This document shows, piece after piece, positions 17,401 to 33,257 of a stretch of 64,000 nt of DNA. A program made the position numbers and the translations under genes. Numbering within the stretch: position 1 is the stretch's first letter; each line of letters opens with the position of its first letter. Source of the stretch: Eledone cirrhosa (Eukaryota); assembly GCA_964016885.1 (NCBI GenBank), contig CAXHJY010000724.1:60880-124879 (forward strand), read 5' to 3'. The notes beneath the pieces were generated by a model. That model did not search any database, had not been told where the DNA came from, and saw only the letters and a program-made list of their open reading frames with translations.

Positions 17401-18385
17401 TTTAAATCAGTAATGTTTAGTTTGTTTGTGATGATAACGTTTTTGAGAATTATGTTAGTCTTGTGTATTATCTTTTGGTTCTGTTTGGAGTTCTGGATCT
17501 TAGGGAGGGTGTCTCGCTGCCCCATGTCAGATTCTTTCATTTTCATCCATTCGATCATAATTTCATCCTTCAAGTTGTCAAATTCATTCTCATTCATTTC
17601 TTTATCATTTACGATCTCATTATTTTCATTTGGAGTTTCATCCTGAGCATGCACTCCCTCCACTTTTTCGATCCTTTCTTTAATTTGTTCTGTTGCCAGT
17701 GATTCCGCCCCAACCCTGGGATTCGAAGTGTTACAGTTTACCTCGTTTTCACTGACACATGTTTCATTTTCCCTTCGCTGACTTTGTGCTAATAGCTTGA
17801 TCTGATCAATTTCTATATCAGTTAGTAACTTTTTTCTTACAATATTTCATCGTATATTGGCTAGTTTGTTACTGTCAATATAGCCTCTGTTTTCGGGATG
17901 TTTATTTTTCCAGTTGATATATGTCTGTTCTGTATTCGATGTATTTGATGGGTAGTACATGGCAGTGTAGTAAGCCTCAAGGACTTCTTTATTATCTTCC
18001 CTTGACCATTTTCTCTCTTTTTCTTTGGATTTCTTGGTGGTGAGCATGGAGGGCCAACAGTAGGAGTATTCCGGTTATGGGAGGTCTCCAGCTCCGAAGT
18101 GATGGGAAGGTTTGAACCATTAGCTGATTTTTCGACCCCAGTCTGGTTCCTCTCTGAGGGACGCGGCCCTTTTTTACCCGGGTGACGGCCGATCCGGTAT
18201 GAGATTTTATCATTAGACATTTACTTTATTTTGTCGCGTTTTATCCTTATCTGCCAAGGGGTAATCATTTCGTGTTACCACTTCTAGAACGAGTGTCAAC
18301 CAATACTAGAGGGGTCGTTCTCCCCTAGCGACACGGCTATTCCCCGCCGTCCGCCATCCCGGTATTTCTTGGTCACGAAGTTTTC
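14425..18385 (-). mobile_element. R4/Dong-clade element, family A; near full length, single ORF broken by a few frameshifts and a stop
   Basis: ORF pieces from 18220 to 14569: RT (IFQGDSLSPLLF, FYMDDLKL), CCHC CRVCKKQPETIDHIISMC, RHD, and PD..D..K restriction-like endonuclease. The 3' UTR ends in (TAA)n. Confidence 0.94.
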
Positions 18386-18473
18386 TTTTTTTTGTTTTTT
18401 TTAAATTGTTATTATCATGAGTGGTTCCTTAATGTGAGCATTGCGTGGCTTAAGAATGAAATTATTAATAACT

Positions 18474-18516
18474 GTCTCCACTGTAGGCACAAGGCCAGCA
18501 ATCACCCAGTGCATTA
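18474..18516 (-). mobile_element. 3' fragment of tRNA-derived SINE
   Basis: GGCACAAGGCCAGCAAT..CCCAGTGCATTAC matches the 3' end of the full copies at 34178-34363 and 34444-34627. Confidence 0.7.
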
Positions 18517-19366
18517 CAATAATATAATATACTTTTTGTTGTAGTTGGCTGTTATTGTTGTTGGCTATGTCGGTGGTGGTGCCGGGGCTTTTCATATTGT
18601 TGGTGAGGAAGGGGTGAGCCAGCAGTCCCATAGTTGTTGATGTTGACGTTTGGCCGGTGGCCAGGTCACTAAGTCAATCTATTTATATCTTTTGCTAGCC
18701 TCTCCCTTGTCTAGTGATACCGCCACCTTCCCCTTTCTCCCTCAAGTTAACAGGGGAATAGTGGTGGTAGCAATGAAGGAGTGGTGGCGGCGGCGATGGG
18801 ATAGTGGTAGCAGTGATGGATGGGGTGGGGTGGTGACAGCGGTGGCGTTGTGGTTACTGATATGTAGTATATATGACTTTGTGTTCGTATGTTTAATATA
18901 TATTTTTATTATATATTGTGTTGACATATTCCCGTAAAATTGGAATTAAACATTTTGTTAAAATTTGAGACAATAATAATAGTAATTATTATTATGATGC
19001 TGGGATTGATGGTGTTGGTGGTGAAATTACCGTTATCTGGTTATTATATTTAGTGTGATTGGATAGGTGGTGTATCAAGTTTCTGGTGTTGGTGAAATTG
19101 CTGTTATTTGGCTGTTCTATATAGTGTAGACAGAGGGTGTTTTCTTCCATTTATAACTATTTTCTTTTTTTTAATACAAAATATATAATACAAAATTGAA
19201 TATTTGAGCCATACAACAATATAATATGGATCCGAAACTTTATGGGACCTCATTCGGTGGTTTATGCAACATTTGTACTAAGAATTGTTATTTCACAATT
19301 GATTTAAATATGTTAAAAATCAAAAACTTACGGGAGCGATTTCATGACATTCTACCACCTCGTGCG

Positions 19367-19391
19367 TCTTCTTCGTCTTCTTCTTCTTCTT

Positions 19392-19460
<69 letters not shown>
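19367..19460. repeat. Compound (TTC)n-(TTA)n microsatellite
   Basis: Directly visible. Confidence 0.97.
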
Positions 19461-19766
19461 GGCAACCTACGTAGGAAATCGTATTATCTCGAGCTCCGCA
19501 AAGGTTTGTTGTTTTCAGTTGTTTCAAATTGCCAGTTATGGAAAATTGTTGTTGTTAAGTGTTTATAAGTTCACATATATTGCTTTCTGAAAAGGACACA
19601 AAAGATATTGGGGCCTTGAGCCCAAAACTTAAACTTTTTATTTATCAAACAAAATATTTAAAAAAAAACCTATTTTTAACAGACCAACACTCCCCTCCCC
19701 ACCAACACCAACACCATTGTATGCCTTGCTACGTTTACCAACACTGTTAATATAATTAATAGCAGT

Positions 19767-21111
19767 TTGAATTATTTAGAATTGCCGCATAAAGACATAG
19801 ATTTCCCGCCATTACCAATAAATGCAAGTGTTAGCAATTTTGACATAACTATGGGATCTTCCGACTCAGCTCAGGTAACTGATCTTGTGGGCTTATTTTT
19901 AATCAATTCGCTACATAGGAAAATACCTGGTACTACCGGAGGTTTATATAGGGATGACATGCTTTTACTTATTAATAATAATAACCCTGAACTAAATAGA
20001 AAATGTAAACAAATTACAAAATTTTTTAATTACTTTAACCTTAAAATAGAAATTGAGAACAACCATAGAATAGTCAATTTCCTAGATATAACATTAAATC
20101 TCAACACATGTCTCCACTATCCTTTTCACAAGTTGAATGAAAACTTAAACTATGTCAACTTTAACTCTAACCACCCCAGATCTGTCAAAAGCACTATAGT
20201 AAACTCAGTCCAAAAACGTATCTCTAGGATCTCGTCGAATAGAAAGATTTTTGACGAAAAGGCCCAGTACTATAATGATGCACTAGCTAGGGCAGGGTAT
20301 ACTGATAAGATTGTATACATAGATAGTGATAGACAAACTAAACAAAGTAACAACTTTTTTAATTACGGCAACAACTTTAACAACTATAATAGAAAGCATT
20401 ACAATAATTCCAAAGGACAAAAAAGAAATAGAACTAGGAACATAATTTGGTTTGCCCCCCCCCCTTTCTCACTAAACATTAAAACCCACATCGCCAAATT
20501 ATTTTTCAAAGCTCTTGATAATCGCTTCCCTAGAACACATAGGTATCACTCAATCTTCAATAGGCATACAATTAAATTAACCTACTCATCCACCAAAAAT
20601 TTAGTCCAAAATATTAATAGAATAAATAATAGGAACTTAAAACCTACTGATAATAGCATAAATAATATACAAGTTAACAAATGTAACTGTAGAGATAGAT
20701 CTAAATGTCCGTTAAATAACAACTGCTTAGTTAAAAATATAGTATACAATTGTAATGTTAATACTGACTCTAATTCTTTTAACTACGTCGGTTCCACATC
20801 GACGGAATTTAAACTTCGCTATAATAACCACAAGAATTCTTTCACAGATGCAAGTAAAAAAATCTTCAACGGCACTATCAGGCGTACTCTGGCAACTTAA
20901 GCTAGATAACGTTAGATATTCGACGGCTTGGAATATAGTCTCAAGAGGGATTCCTTTTAATTCATCCTCTGAGACATGTGACCTCTGCGCAGAGGAGATA
21001 TTCTTTATACTAAAATCTAAAAATTCCCTTAACCTACGGACAAATTTATTCAGTTGTTGCAAACATAGATTAAACTCAACGTTTAAATATAAATTTAAAT
21101 TTAAAATGTAG
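19767..21111 (+). pseudogene. PLE RT/GIY-YIG ORF, partial, with one frameshift
   Basis: ORFs 19767-20900 and 20755-21111 join into a typical PLE C-terminal half. Confidence 0.88.
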
Positions 21112-22701
21112 TATATTTAGTTTGATTTATATTTATATGAGAACTAGCCGATACATTTTTTGATTCCTAAATCTTTGATTCCCTCTGTTTACTCTTTTTT
21201 TATTGTTTATTTTTATTTTATTTATTTTTATTTTTATCTAAACATTCCTCATGAAAAATTAAGCTACCCTAAAAGCCGATGCTCCAAATTTTTTGAATTA
21301 ACCTTACACTATATTAAATATAAGAACATATGTAGACATAATTGGACATCATAATCTTTTTGAAATGTTCTTTGCTAGATGTGATTTGATAGATAATTTT
21401 TGGCTTTGTCTTGTAATGAACTTGGCAATATATTGTCAATTAACTTTGAAGGGTTGTTCTTTGTGGTTTATTTTTATTTTTATTTTTATTTTTATTTTTA
21501 TTTTTATTTTTATTTTTATTTTTATTTTTATTTTTAGTATTGTAGTATTCTATAATATTTTTTTAGTATTGTAGTATTCTATAATATTTTTATTTTTTAT
21601 TTTTTATTTTTTATTTTCATTTTTTATTTTCATTTTTAATATTTTTAATATCTTTAATATGTAAATTTTTAATACGTAATTATTTTTTAATACGTAGTAT
21701 TTTTAGTATGCAATATTTTTATTATGTAATATTCTTTCGTAATATTTTTTTAGTTTAATATTATTTTTTTTAATATTTAATAATAATAATAATAATAATA
21801 TTTTTTATATTTTTTATATTTTTTATTTTTTTATTTTTTTAGTTCTCTATTCTATATTTTTACTTATTATTATTATTATTGTTATCTTTTTATTTTTAGT
21901 TTTGTTTATAATATAATATATATTTATATTTTTATTAGTATATTTTTATTAGTATATTGAAATCTGCTGTCTATTTCTGCTTGATAGATAATCTTGTAGA
22001 GTAATCGCAGGAATAATAATACGCTCAAATTTTTATACCACATTGAGAATGTTTTCCGGTTACTTAGAGTTTGCAGAGTGAATCAGTTGGATTCACATGG
22101 ATATTTGTAGCTGTCACATAAACATATGAATTTGATAAAACTAAACATAAGATAATGAATTTTCACACATTGTGGATACTTGTTTCATTCAGGAATACTG
22201 ATATTTACAATGTAGTGTAAGTTTTATAAATACTAATACATTAAAACATATGGTTTTCTACGCCTCGAATATGTCTGGCTATTTTAAAATTTTTTTTCTC
22301 TCTATATATATATCTCCCTTACATTAATACTTGAGCTAAATAAATAAATAAATAAATAAATAAATGTATCATTGATACATTTACTCAAAATGACCTCCCA
22401 CTACCTAATCTTCTATATATATATATATATCTATCTCTATTTCCTCTCTCTCTCTCTATATATATATATCTCTTTCTGTTTCTTTACATGAAGCTCTTCG
22501 CTTTATCTATTTCTCCATCTCTCTATTTTGTTCCATGCATTTCTGCATTTCTTCTTTTTCTTTTTCTTCTTTTTCTTCCTTTTCTTCGTTTTGTCTTTCT
22601 TTCTTTCTCTCTTTCTTTCTCTCTGTATACAATTTTCAGTGCTAGCGTAAACCTCTTCAAATGAAGTCGATGTTTATTACGGTATGTCGAATATATTTAT
22701 C

Positions 22702-22800
22702 TATAAAACTGTTTATATTGTATTTTGTCTGATGAAGGCATAGCATATTGTTAATATGATATCACCGAAATATATATAATGAAATAAATATGGTTTTATA
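22702..22800 (+). ncRNA. Minimal type I hammerhead ribozyme motif (PLE-associated)
   Basis: Stem I UAUUUUGU/AUGAAAUA; CUGAUGA at 22729-22735; stem II GG..CAUAUU/AAUAUG..CC; GAAA at 22767-22770; palindromic stem III UAUAUA; UA cleavage site after about 22778. Confidence 0.8.
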
Positions 22801-22915
22801 AATATAGTTTTCCATTTATTTAATATTGTAAATATACTCCAAATATTTGTCGAGTGCTTTTATATCAGTTATAAACATTTACTAGTTGTAACCCAACAAT
22901 TTTTAAATATAACTT

Positions 22916-23665
<750 letters not shown>

Positions 23666-23673
23666 CAAATGAA

Positions 23674-23790
23674 GGCTTATGGTGGAGTGGTTAGAGAATT
23701 GGATTTGCAATCACGAGGTTGTGTGTTCGAATCCTGGAGCAAGACACTTTATTTGACGTTGCTCCATGTTCCTGGAGTAGCGACCGATAG
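23674..23790 (+). mobile_element. tRNA-derived SINE head (second family)
   Basis: A box TGGTGGAGTGG and B box GTTCGAATCC at tRNA-like spacing, followed by GAGCAAGACACTTTATTT. Confidence 0.7.
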
Positions 23791-23864
23791 AGGTATTAGC
23801 AATTGAAAAGATAAACGGAAACATTGTTTCCTAGATCCAATTTGACGAAAGTCGATCATTCCTT

Positions 23865-23894
<30 letters not shown>

Positions 23895-23896
<2 letters not shown>

Positions 23897-24099
23897 GGTA
23901 CGAGCAGGACCCCGACGGCTGAGCTCAATTCGTTTCGTCAGCTAATTCTGGACGCAATTAGCAGTCGAGAATTAGCGGTCGAAACGGCTTGAGCTCAGCC
24001 GTCGGGGTCCTACTCGTTCCTATTACCCACTCTACTACCCTAAGTATTGAGTACTTTGGTGCGTCATTGTCCACCTGGTTCCTTACCACATTTCCTCCG

Positions 24100-24101
<2 letters not shown>
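23895..24101. mobile_element. Short palindromic insertion, family B copy 1, with HHR 3' half
   Basis: About 59-bp inverted arms and a 79-nt tail. Contains GAAACGGC-TTGAGCTCA-GCCGTC at 23981-24003. Lies in (TA)n. Related copy at 32844-33048. Confidence 0.7.
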
Positions 24102-24157
<56 letters not shown>

Positions 24158-24329
24158 TCATTCTGGTCACATAAATCGTAATTGAATTATCACAATCAGT
24201 GAAGTCGGATTTGATTTATAAAGATGTTCGTCATATTTACTCAAGTGAATATTAAGTAATACGCAGTAAACCTACGTATGATAACACTCTACAATATATT
24301 GTGGTTTGTGTTAGTTTAACTACAGGGGA

Positions 24330-25140
24330 AATCCTAATCAAGAAGGCCTATGACCAGCAATATGATAATACCAAAATGATAATACCCATTGCAGCCATGC
24401 GATCAAAGGCCTGATCCGTTTGCTTGGCAAAGTGTACAACTATCTTTAAACATAACCTCCAGTAGACACAAGGCGTGTGAGTAAAATATGTTAAACAAAG
24501 ATGGTAATTAAGTCACTTAAATGGATTGTATCTTTAAGTCAAATTTCCAACCCATGCACCGTCACACTGGATATGTCTGGGGAAGATTCTACAAGGAAAA
24601 TGTGTTTATAAGGTACTCACGTTTAGACTCCAATTCTATGAGTTAGAATTTACCTTAACCAAATGCCTAAAACAATCATCAGCAAACCAAATCATCTATT
24701 TACTCGAATATAACTGTTGTTTTGTTTTGTATCTGTTGATGAGCTATACTGTGTTTCTGGCTTGCCATTTTTTTGAATTCTGGAATTTGGATAGCTAACA
24801 ATCATAGAATTAACATTTTATATATTCATATTTAAAAATATAAAACCAGGTAGCAAATATCAACAAATCTTAATATGTAAGATTAGAAAATCCAGCATTT
24901 GCAAATATATTCTGCCAGACAAAATAAAGCAAACAAATGTTATGCAATATTTTTCGGTATTACGATGCTGTCCGAGCAACATGTGTTATACAAAATATAG
25001 AACAGACACCTTTTGACCATTGGAGGACGTGAATTTCAGCAGCATGACAACAGAAATAAATGTAAAGATGTAATGCATTTAAATATACAACAATCTGCAA
25101 GAAGGTTTATGAGAACGAAATATTAAAGCGCGTGAAGGGA
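24330..25140 (+). pseudogene. Possible highly decayed PLE-type RT fossil
   Basis: Broken-frame traces in RT order: TVTLDM (compare LVTLDV), IYLLEY, SGL, IANN, IFRYYD (compare RYIDD). Confidence 0.3.
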
Positions 25141-25163
25141 AAACTAATATATATATATATATA

Positions 25164-25466
25164 TTAGAAAGTCAGTTTTTTTTTTACAAAATGAGAAATA
25201 ACCGAGGTGTCCTACACGAGTGGAAATATAAAGGAAAAAAGATGAAATCGAAAATGCAACTGGAGTATTATTTTTAAAAATATATATATATTTATTTGGT
25301 TCCTTTACTGGTTTATTTGGTTCCTTTACTGCTTTTCAAAACTAGAGTTGAGGTGTAGGGTCTACTTTTGAAAAGCAGAAGAACTGCGAAACCGGTAAAG
25401 GAAAAAATAAATATATATATTTTGAAAAATAAGACTCCAGTTGCATTTTCGATTCCATCTTTTTTT

Positions 25467-25470
<4 letters not shown>
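25164..25470. mobile_element. Short palindromic PLE-like insertion, family A copy 2, with complete variant HHR
   Basis: Same tail and arms as 23089-23322. Contains CTT-TTGAAAA-GCAG(AAGAA)CTGC-GAAA-CCGG-TA-AAG at about 25365-25400. Confidence 0.72.
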
Positions 25471-25532
<62 letters not shown>

Positions 25533-26028
25533 ATATATATATGTATATGAGGATCGGAGTGAAAACAAGACAATTTCTCTATGGTAAATAAATTATAGAT
25601 TTAAATATTCCAAAATTATTTTCTTAGCATTTATTTATATGTTTCTACTTTCGAATTGAATAATTAAAACATATAATTTTCTTTTTAATATAAGATTTAA
25701 CTTTTATATTTTCTGATAACAATTTCAATGTGAAATGTCAGGATTTTCCCACAAAATGATACCATGTATCAGGGATGGATTTGAGGAAGTATATTTTAAT
25801 ATATTAAAATATAAAAAGAAATTCGTATAATCAACATTACGTTTTATCGAAATATTTCAGAAAGAAAAAGAGGAAACAATTTAATTGTAATATTTAATGG
25901 GGAATATGTTAATACTATTTCCAGTGTTTACCTGTTTTTATTGTCAATCTACAGATATTTCGCATCCAGATTGCTATGAATTGAGGGTGATAGAAGTAGG
26001 CATGAATGTATATATATATATATATATG

Positions 26029-28090
<2,062 letters not shown>

Positions 28091-28104
28091 CTTGACATAT
28101 CTCT

Positions 28105-28610
28105 GTGTATCGACGACACTCACCACCCCTATCTTCTAGAGGCCTACTGATTCCCACTCCAATTCTGATTTCACTTCCTAACATCTCACTCACACCAAAT
28201 TTTCCACAGCCTTCACTCAATTCCTCCTTTCTCGGATCTGTAGCCAGTAACACGATTTTGAGACCCAGACCCAACACATGACCTCCCGTTTAAACCACCG
28301 TCGATATTCCCCAACCCTGCTCCAAGATACCATTACCAGCGTAGCACATCACACTTACCCCATTTATCCACGTATTCCGTTACCTAACACCCCGTCACTA
28401 TACCTTTCCGGTGACATGTTTGCTACTGCACCCTCTCCTCTGACCCCGTCATTTCTCGGTCCTTCCCCGACCATTCGCGCTGCCTTTAAATGCGCCTGCA
28501 ATGACCACGACCTCCTGGTGCGAAATTCCTTCCCGTACTATCCACCCTGCTCCCGTCCTTTTTTTCGTCCTCGCTCTAACAGCTGCCATTTTATTTCAAA
28601 CCTCACCATT
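28105..28610 (+). pseudogene. Neptune-like PLE fragment (RT thumb/linker)
   Basis: Translates as LTTPIF*RPTDSHSNSDFTS*HLTHTKFSTAFTQFLLSRICS..DFETQ..M..RY. This matches the PLE YKPTD.H.YL..SSHP..K.SIP.SQFLR.RRICS pattern. Confidence 0.72.
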
Positions 28611-28635
28611 CATTTATATATGTATATATATATAT

Positions 28636-29287
28636 GAGAGTATTGAAGTTTGCTTGAAGCATTGTGGAACAATAAGTAAATATATTTAAGTCGTTTGGAA
28701 GCCTGGACAATGCAAATGGGTAAATCTCCGGGTAACAAGGTCCGGTGGTGGAGAGAGAAATGTAAGTGGGTGTACGTTGAGTTGCGTGGTGTGTATAAGA
28801 TGTGTGAGATGTGTAGAATGAAGGGAAGAGTATAAAGGATAAAATAAAAATAACAACACAAGAGAGAGTTACCTTGGGAGAGATTTAATAGTCCCTATAT
28901 ATTTCGGATTCACATCCATCAACTTGGGTTTTTTCCGGGTGGGGGAAAAGGTTCTCTGTCGGACAAGAATTCAAAACAACAAACAGCGAAGGACGCGTTC
29001 CGGACTTGTCCGACAGACAACCTTTTCCCCCACCCCGGAAAAAAACCCAGTTGATGGATGTGAATCCGAAATATATAGGGACTATTAAATCTCTCCCAAG
29101 GTAACTCTCTCTTGTGTTGTTATTTTTATTTTATCCTTTATACTCTTCCCTTCATTCTACACATCTCACACATCTTATACACACCACGCATCTCAACGTA
29201 CACCCACTTACATTTCTCTCTCCACCACCGGACTTTGTTACCCAGAGATTTACCCATTTGCATTGTCGAGGCTTCCAAACGACTTAA

Positions 29288-29290
<3 letters not shown>
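28636..29290. mobile_element. Palindromic PLE-like insertion, family C
   Basis: About 283-bp inverted arms at 28685-28967 and 29005-29288, a 37-nt spacer and a one-sided tail of about 49 nt. Each arm has an HHR-like motif. (TA)n flanks. Confidence 0.75.
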
Positions 29291-29345
<55 letters not shown>

Positions 29346-30581
29346 TTATATATGTGTAGGGTATGTAACGAGCAAACGAGATATATTTTTTTAAAAGTTC
29401 CGTATAAAAGAACAATGCAGTTATTAATAAAATAATTAATATTAATGCATGAAGACTTCACAGCCTTAGCATCAATCCTTCATAATGATCCTATGAGGTT
29501 TTTCCCTGACATTCGTATATATAAGAAATATAATCACTTTTTCAATTGGAACCTACTGCCAGAAAAGTCGTATAAATTTCGTCATATAATTTGTGTAAAT
29601 AACGAAGGAAATATTATGCAGAATCACCAGTGGGAAACGATAAACATACCTGGCGTATATGGGTTGAACACATTTGTCCATAACGTTAAAGTTCGGCTGG
29701 TTACATCATCCATCATTTTAGAAGATTTAACTCTTTATTTATAAATATAAACAAAATGGGTTTCCTCTTTGCCTCTCAAACAATGAAACAAACACTTGTA
29801 TCATTTATGCTATAATTAATATAATATTAATACCACTCATCTCGAGGAGTGAACTTACAGATAGATGTTCATATGGATATTTTCTATTTAATAGCACCAA
29901 AGTATATAAGTGAATACAAGGATAAGGAAACAATTCTGATAATAATTCCACACACGTATATTCCATTAGGTCTTGTTTGACATATTTGTGTGTCTTAAAG
30001 AAAAAGATAGACCCAATATCTGGTGGCTTTATTACAAGACACCCTAACTTACTACTATAAAACGGCTACTTTATTGATATAATCTATTATGTATAATTTA
30101 TTATAGTTTAGATGATATAAAGTGTCTGTATGTATATATATATGTATATAAACAAAGAATTCTCATATATGCGCGTGTGAAAGTGGGTACACGCGTGTGT
30201 GCATGTATTTATATATGATAATTGTTTAAGCTTGTGTGTATATATACATCAATGTGTGTGTGTTTGTGAATATATGTATACGTTTATATACGTATGTGGT
30301 ATATGCTGAAAATACCATATTATCTTTGGCAAAATGTATATGAAAATATGTTTGCGATCAAAATACAACTTTTATAATTTGGTGTTTCGTGATAAAATAT
30401 ATATAATTCTTGTGAAGGAGCTTTCGAATCTCATCACAGAGTAGATAAGACAAAAGATGGTGACAGCTTAATTCCGAAAAAATCGTGTGGATTTTATTAC
30501 GTCAAAGAATAGCAATATCAGGAAATTACCCGCTATAAAAATATTTATCATACTTAAAGAATGGAAGAATAAAAACACTTA

Positions 30582-30721
<140 letters not shown>

Positions 30722-31478
30722 CATATATATTTATATCTATGTATCTATCTATCCATATATATATATTTGCATACATACATCTGATCACGTGTGTTCAAAA
30801 GTAAGATAAAGTATGAAAATGGATATTTATATATGTATTGTATTTCTTTTTATCTATTTATGTATCAATTTATTTTTTGGCTAATGTCGAATCGTGTTTT
30901 CATAACAGGAACTAAAACATGATGATTCAACAGGCTATGTTGATAATAGTAATAAAGAATTATATATTTTAAAATAAGAAATACCAATAAATGAACTGAT
31001 ACAAGATTAAGACTCAAGTAATTCTAATATCTTACTTATATATATTTTTCTTGGAGATGTGTTTCTCTCTCACTCTTTTTTTTTTTTTTTTTTTGAAAAC
31101 ATACATGATTTCTCTACAACAAAGAAGACTAAATTCGCCACTATTAGCAGAGTTGAACATCTGAGAAAAACATTACCAGAATATAGCAGATTCGAATTTA
31201 CGTTTGTATTGTGCTCCTGCATAACAGAGGTGGATTAGTGCAATATAGGGCTTTCCAAATATCGTTACGTTAAAACGGTACACTACCATGGTCAGAAACT
31301 AATGAAAGTTTCCAGCAAAAGAATAAAAGGAAATTGATTTCCACTATTATTACTATTGAACATTTTAGGTTAATGAAAAAGCACACACACACGTATATAC
31401 ACACACATTCAAACACACACATACACACACACACACACGCATACATACATGTCATACATACATACACACACACATACA

Positions 31479-31879
31479 TTTATGCCTGCGATTATTGGGA
31501 CACTGGGGTATGCAAGTAACTGCCTCAATACAAATCTTGAGAAGCTAGGCTTCACAGGAACAGAAAGAACACAACTAGTTAGGAAATTACAAGTACAATC
31601 CATTAATGGAACAGTAAAAATATGTAAAACATTCCAAAAATGTTGCATCTAATAACTGCATATACACATGTACAGATACAAAGCACACATGGACACATAC
31701 AACTCAAAACATACACATCCACACATACAATAACATCAATATCTACATATGCATGCATGCACACATGATCTATCTAGTTGATGTTGTGTAAATTCCAATG
31801 AGAGAGTATTGTGTCTATGTTGGAAACCGGCTCTCTCTCTCTATTGGGAAAAAATTGGGAAATTATAAAACCAGAAGAA
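31479..31879 (+). mobile_element. 3' end of an RLE-type (R4/Dong-like) LINE, third family, in (CATA)/(CA) repeats
   Basis: FMPAIIGTLG...KLQVQSINGTVKICK* resembles the PIVIGALG..LQ..GT C-terminus. Followed by a 3' UTR hairpin. Confidence 0.7.
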
Positions 31880-31890
31880 CATACATGCAT

Positions 31891-31929
<39 letters not shown>

Positions 31930-32732
31930 CAGTATATATAAAGCTAACCAATTACTAGGGAAATCAAAGTTCATTGAGTCATACACAGTAACTGAATCGA
32001 AATTTTTCTATCGATTCTGGAAGCATATAATATAAGATTAACCATGGTACTATTTGAAATCAAAAGGTATTATTTTCCAATTTCTAATGCCGCTTAAAAT
32101 TAGAGTACTTAATTTCGAGAACGTATTTCAGTTGGTTTTTGAAAATGTGCATCACCTGCCTACTTATTCAATGACAGCCATTACTTGGGTTGTTACAAAG
32201 ATCTTACCAGTCCATATTTAGCCGCCTTAACCTTCATTTTTTCCTGAACTATTCCTTGAAAGATTGTCTTATTCATTCCATGAAATTTTGATAGATGACT
32301 ACCCCATCGCATTTTCTTTTGTTTAGAGTGGTTAATATGTCTAAGTACTGTGCGCATCATATCGTGCACATGCGTTCCATATAAGGGGGGGGGGGGTGCA
32401 TGATTTTTCCCTCCCCCCTCTCATTTTCTCTGAAATATCTCGAGGAGCGTAGAAGTCACACAGGCATTAATTTCAGAACGGCTAACATCTAACCCTGCTA
32501 GCAGTATTCTTCATTTTTCACACCAAATTTATCTCTACCCCGTCTTTCATTATCTCCCGGCCTTTTCCCTTATTTCTTTCGCTTACCTTTCTGGTTCTTT
32601 TTCTCTTTCTCCCTTCATCCCCACTTCTTGCAACTTCAGTCAACCTTTCTCTATCTTTCCTCTGATCTAATATCTATCTATCTATTTTCTCATCTCTCTC
32701 TCTCCACACGTGTCCCCTTTCTCTCTCCCTTT

Positions 32733-32771
<39 letters not shown>

Positions 32772-32806
32772 TTATATATATATATTTATATATATATATA
32801 TAGTTA

Positions 32807-32843
<37 letters not shown>

Positions 32844-32845
<2 letters not shown>

Positions 32846-33048
32846 CAAAGGAATTGTGGTAAGGAACCAGATATACCATAACCCACCAGAGTACTCAATA
32901 CTTAGTGTAGTAGAGTGGGAAATAGGAAAAAGTATGACCTCTACGGCAGAGCTCATGCCGTTTTGACGGCTATTTCTGGACTAAAAATAGTCCAGAAATA
33001 GCCGTCGAAACGGCTTGAGCTCTGCCGTCGGTGTCATACTTTTTCCTA
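32844..33048. mobile_element. Short palindromic insertion, family B copy 2 (opposite orientation)
   Basis: Same centre, arm end (CCTA) and 79-nt tail as 23895-24101. GAAACGGCTTGAGCTCTGCCGTC at 33007-33029. Confidence 0.7.
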
Positions 33049-33049
33049 T

Positions 33050-33099
<50 letters not shown>

Positions 33100-33137
33100 A
33101 TAATATATATGCTATATAAATATATATATATCACCAT

Positions 33138-33216
<79 letters not shown>

Positions 33217-33257
33217 TTCAAATATTAACAAAATAGATATTCTTGTGATCAATTAAA

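Larger units (their letters stand above)
19767..22920 (+). mobile_element. Penelope-like element; 5'-truncated RT + GIY-YIG endonuclease, long AT-rich 3' region ending in an HHR-containing pLTR and (TA)n
   Basis: FDITMGS..GGLYRDD, FLDITLN, SNHP, CNCR..CPL..CL, IVY..YVGST..FKLRY.NH (GIY-YIG), CDLC, CKHR. Frameshift at the A-run near 20860. HHR at 22.7 kb. Confidence 0.88.

Noticed and set aside
18240-18380. Structured R4 5' UTR (hairpins, GACCAA/UUGGUU pairing) as a possible HDV-like ribozyme
   Set aside because: The nested double pseudoknot and L3 consensus could not be assembled by eye; it needs a descriptor search
23674-23745. tRNA gene
   Set aside because: Has A/B boxes but no proper acceptor stem and continues into SINE body sequence
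31793-31851. GAAACCGG within a hairpin in an RLE-LINE 3' UTR as a hammerhead
   Set aside because: No CUGANGA-like strand, no stem II and no NUH
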